A DNA stretch of 25,070 nt from a virus (lineage: Duplodnaviria > Caudoviricetes): positions 1 to 25,070 of IMG/VR virus record IMGVR_UViG_3300030433_001760; one strand, written 5' to 3'. Position 1 is the first letter of the stretch, and every line of letters begins with the position of its first letter. Under the pieces are notes generated by a model. The model saw only the letters and a list, made by a program, of their open reading frames with translations, made no database searches and had not been told where the DNA came from. Positions 23,192 through 25,070 of the stretch are shown piece by piece. The position numbers and the translations under genes are program-made.

Positions 23192-23318
23192 CTTCTACTA
23201 CCTCTTCAAGTACGTTGAAATCGAATAAAGTTTTGACCAAGCCAGATGCAAGGCGGCTTGAGTCTACCACCGTGCCCGCTGCGAATCCGCAACGGGCTTT
23301 CTTAAATCGTACTTTCAT
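23100..23318 (-). CDS. Small capsid-adjacent protein with a basic tail
   Basis: 72 aa starting 2 nt after the capsid stop, with a Lys/Pro-rich C-terminus overlapping the connector gene. This is a common arrangement. Confidence 0.7.
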   Translation of the reverse strand: MKVRFKKARCGFAAGTVVDSSRLASGLVKTLFDFNVLEEVVEDGDKLDADAGDKPVKPASKPRRSKKSPKAE

Positions 23319-23320
23319 GA

Positions 23321-24601
23321 TTAGCCAGTGATGGTGATTTTCGCAAGAACCTCAGGATTGGCCACTTTCAATGCCACTCGCTGCGTACATTGAACGCCCA
23401 CCTGATCGGTGTTTGCGTATAGCTCATTCAGGGTACGGAAGTTCAATCCGCGACGCTCACCGAAGTAGCAAGCCAAGCTAACGTCACCGAATACTGCGAG
23501 CAAGTCGCCAGCACCAGATGCTGCTGCACCGGGAAGAACGTTAACGAAGTTCACTGGGTAGCCGAGAAGGCTTGGTCGCTGACCACCTTCGATGACCGAC
23601 TGAGTGTTTCCGCCTGCTGCGAGGAGAAGATCACGTACGGGGCCATGGAACAAGGTTGGGTTGATGTACCACTCGTTGCGTGCACCGATAACTGGGTTTC
23701 CAACGGAAACGCTAGCTGCGGTGAAGTCGCTAAGAGCAAGAGCCGAAACCGAAGCAACGTTGGTGTCTGCAATGCCGATGTGGCCTTGAAGCGAACCAGC
23801 GTCTACGTCTTCGAGAAGTCCACCAGCAACTCCGATGAAGAGGTTGGTGTCTTCAGCGATTGCCATTTGGTAAGCCATGGACTCAACAACGGTGTCCATC
23901 ATGCTGATGATGCTGTCTTCGGTTACTTCGCTCGAAAGCTTGGTAAGTGCAGTCATCTTCTGAGCAACCAAGTTAACCTGACCGAAGGAAAGGTCGCTGG
24001 AGTCGATTGCAGCAGCTTCGTTTGTGTAGTTGATGCTGACGTGACCGTTCAACTTAGGAACGTCCCAAGTGTTCTGGCTCATGACGATACGACGGCATCG
24101 CTGACGAGCGACTCCGTAGTCTTCCATCAAGTTGATCAAAGCGTTGCTCAAAGGAGCAGGGATGGTGTTATCTTCGCCGTTGCTTCCGTCAGTTTGAAGG
24201 TCGTTCATGAACGACTGAGCTTGACGGTTGCCAGCCATTGCTCGGATAGCTTGACCGGAAACGAATGCGTCTTCTGCGGATGCAAAGTGACGGCTACGTG
24301 AGGATGCGACAACTGCTGGTAATTTCATTTCTTTTTCTTCTTCGATTTGAGGTTGGATAGCTTCTGCTACCACGGAAGGTTGTGAGGATGCTTCAGCGGA
24401 TGCTTCAGCGTCTGCGATTACTCTTGCTCGGATTGCTTCAAACTCAACCGATCGGTCAAGTTCTGCGGAAAGCTCTTCGGCTTTTGCGTCGAGCTCTTTC
24501 AGTTCTTCCAAGGAAGCACTGTCTAATTCGGCCATTGCTTGAAGCTCAACTTTGAGCTCAGACAACTCAGCACGAATGTCATTACTTGGTCGTAAGGACA
24601 T
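23321..24601 (-). CDS. Major capsid protein, HK97 fold
   Basis: N-terminal coiled-coil delta domain, plus FGQVNLVAQKM...SSEVTEDS, EDTNLFIG, LLGYPV and VFGD motifs. AGGAG SD. Confidence 0.95.
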   Translation of the reverse strand: MSLRPSNDIRAELSELKVELQAMAELDSASLEELKELDAKAEELSAELDRSVEFEAIRARVIADAEASAEASSQPSVVAEAIQPQIEEEKEMKLPAVVASSRSRHFASAEDAFVSGQAIRAMAGNRQAQSFMNDLQTDGSNGEDNTIPAPLSNALINLMEDYGVARQRCRRIVMSQNTWDVPKLNGHVSINYTNEAAAIDSSDLSFGQVNLVAQKMTALTKLSSEVTEDSIISMMDTVVESMAYQMAIAEDTNLFIGVAGGLLEDVDAGSLQGHIGIADTNVASVSALALSDFTAASVSVGNPVIGARNEWYINPTLFHGPVRDLLLAAGGNTQSVIEGGQRPSLLGYPVNFVNVLPGAAASGAGDLLAVFGDVSLACYFGERRGLNFRTLNELYANTDQVGVQCTQRVALKVANPEVLAKITITG

Positions 24602-24631
24602 GAGGTTTCTTCTCCTAATTGAGAAACGTGT

Positions 24632-24664
24632 AAAAAACTGCCTACCGGCTACGTTGCCGATAGG
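24632..24664 (-). terminator. Terminator-like hairpin between the protease and capsid genes
   Basis: CCTATCGGC-AACGTA-GCCGGTAGG-cag-TTTTTT. Confidence 0.5.
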
Positions 24665-24714
24665 ACTATCTTAACATGCAGGCCCCGAAATCTGCTAAGG
24701 TTTAGCGTGCCTAC

Positions 24715-25070
24715 TTACTTGTATCGGTGAATGGCGTCAATTACTTTAGCCATAATCCGATTTGGTGATACGAAAGCCTTGACTTCGGGGAGCGATTCCT
24801 CAGCTTTGACCTTCTTCTCTCTAACGTCATAGATCTCGTCAACTAGGCCCAATTCTAGGGCTTTGTTGGCGTCCATCCATGTTTCTGCGTCCATCATAGC
24901 CAGCCACTCATCGACGTCTCCGCCTGCTCGTGCCTGATATGTTTCTGCAATATCCATGTCCATGAGCTCCATGATGTCAGCCATGCTGCGGAAATCTTTG
25001 CAATTTCCCATAGCTGCCGTCCAAGCTCTATGTATCATGTACTTAGCGTTGGAGTTCATAATGATTTTTC
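24715..25070 (-). CDS. ClpP-like prohead maturation protease (5' truncated by the window end)
   Basis: YMIH (catalytic His) and MDAETWMDANKALELGLVD motifs, directly upstream of the capsid gene. The frame is open to the window edge. Confidence 0.9.
   Translation of the reverse strand, partial: KIIMNSNAKYMIHRAWTAAMGNCKDFRSMADIMELMDMDIAETYQARAGGDVDEWLAMMDAETWMDANKALELGLVDEIYDVREKKVKAEESLPEVKAFVSPNRIMAKVIDAIHRYK

Noticed and set aside
11-24301. All plus-strand ORFs in the track, including the 218-aa ORF at 23645-24301
   Set aside because: They lie antisense to well-supported minus-strand genes that already tile the window, and they show no recognisable motifs. They are treated as shadow ORFs.
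1-25070. Stop-codon reassignment, tRNA genes, integrase/att sites, introns or inteins
   Set aside because: Genes tile cleanly with the standard code using all three stops. I saw no cloverleaf, recombinase or splicing motifs by eye.

Overview
A 25-kb fragment of a tailed dsDNA phage or prophage with a long non-contractile (siphovirus-type) tail. Every credible gene is on the minus strand, and many are coupled by TAATG/ATGA overlaps. In transcription order (right to left) there are four blocks. (1) Head and tail: ClpP-type prohead protease (partial), HK97-fold capsid, neck proteins, tail tube, tail chaperone with an A-AAA-AAC -1 frameshift, a displaced HK97 gp10-like gene, tape measure, and a Cys-motif tail-tip block with no lambda-like homologues I can recognise. 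(2) Accessory: RusA-like nuclease, metallophosphoesterase, SPFH protein. (3) Replication/recombination behind sigma70-like promoters: small ORFs, Sak4/AAA_24 ATPase, DUF669 SSB-like protein, RadD/YejH-like helicase with three zinc ribbons. (4) A separately promoted cassette with a membrane-anchored trypsin-like protease, membrane proteins (one split at a G6 run), a papain-like cysteine protease and a holin-like protein, followed by adhesin/fibre-like genes (beta-rich, LamG, 24-aa repeats). No glycan-cleaving endolysin is visible in the window. The most interesting candidate system is this two-protease membrane cassette in a lysis-like position. A Planctomycetota host is my inference from recalled gene-family style and is not verified. 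All product calls come from motif reading by eye, without database searches.
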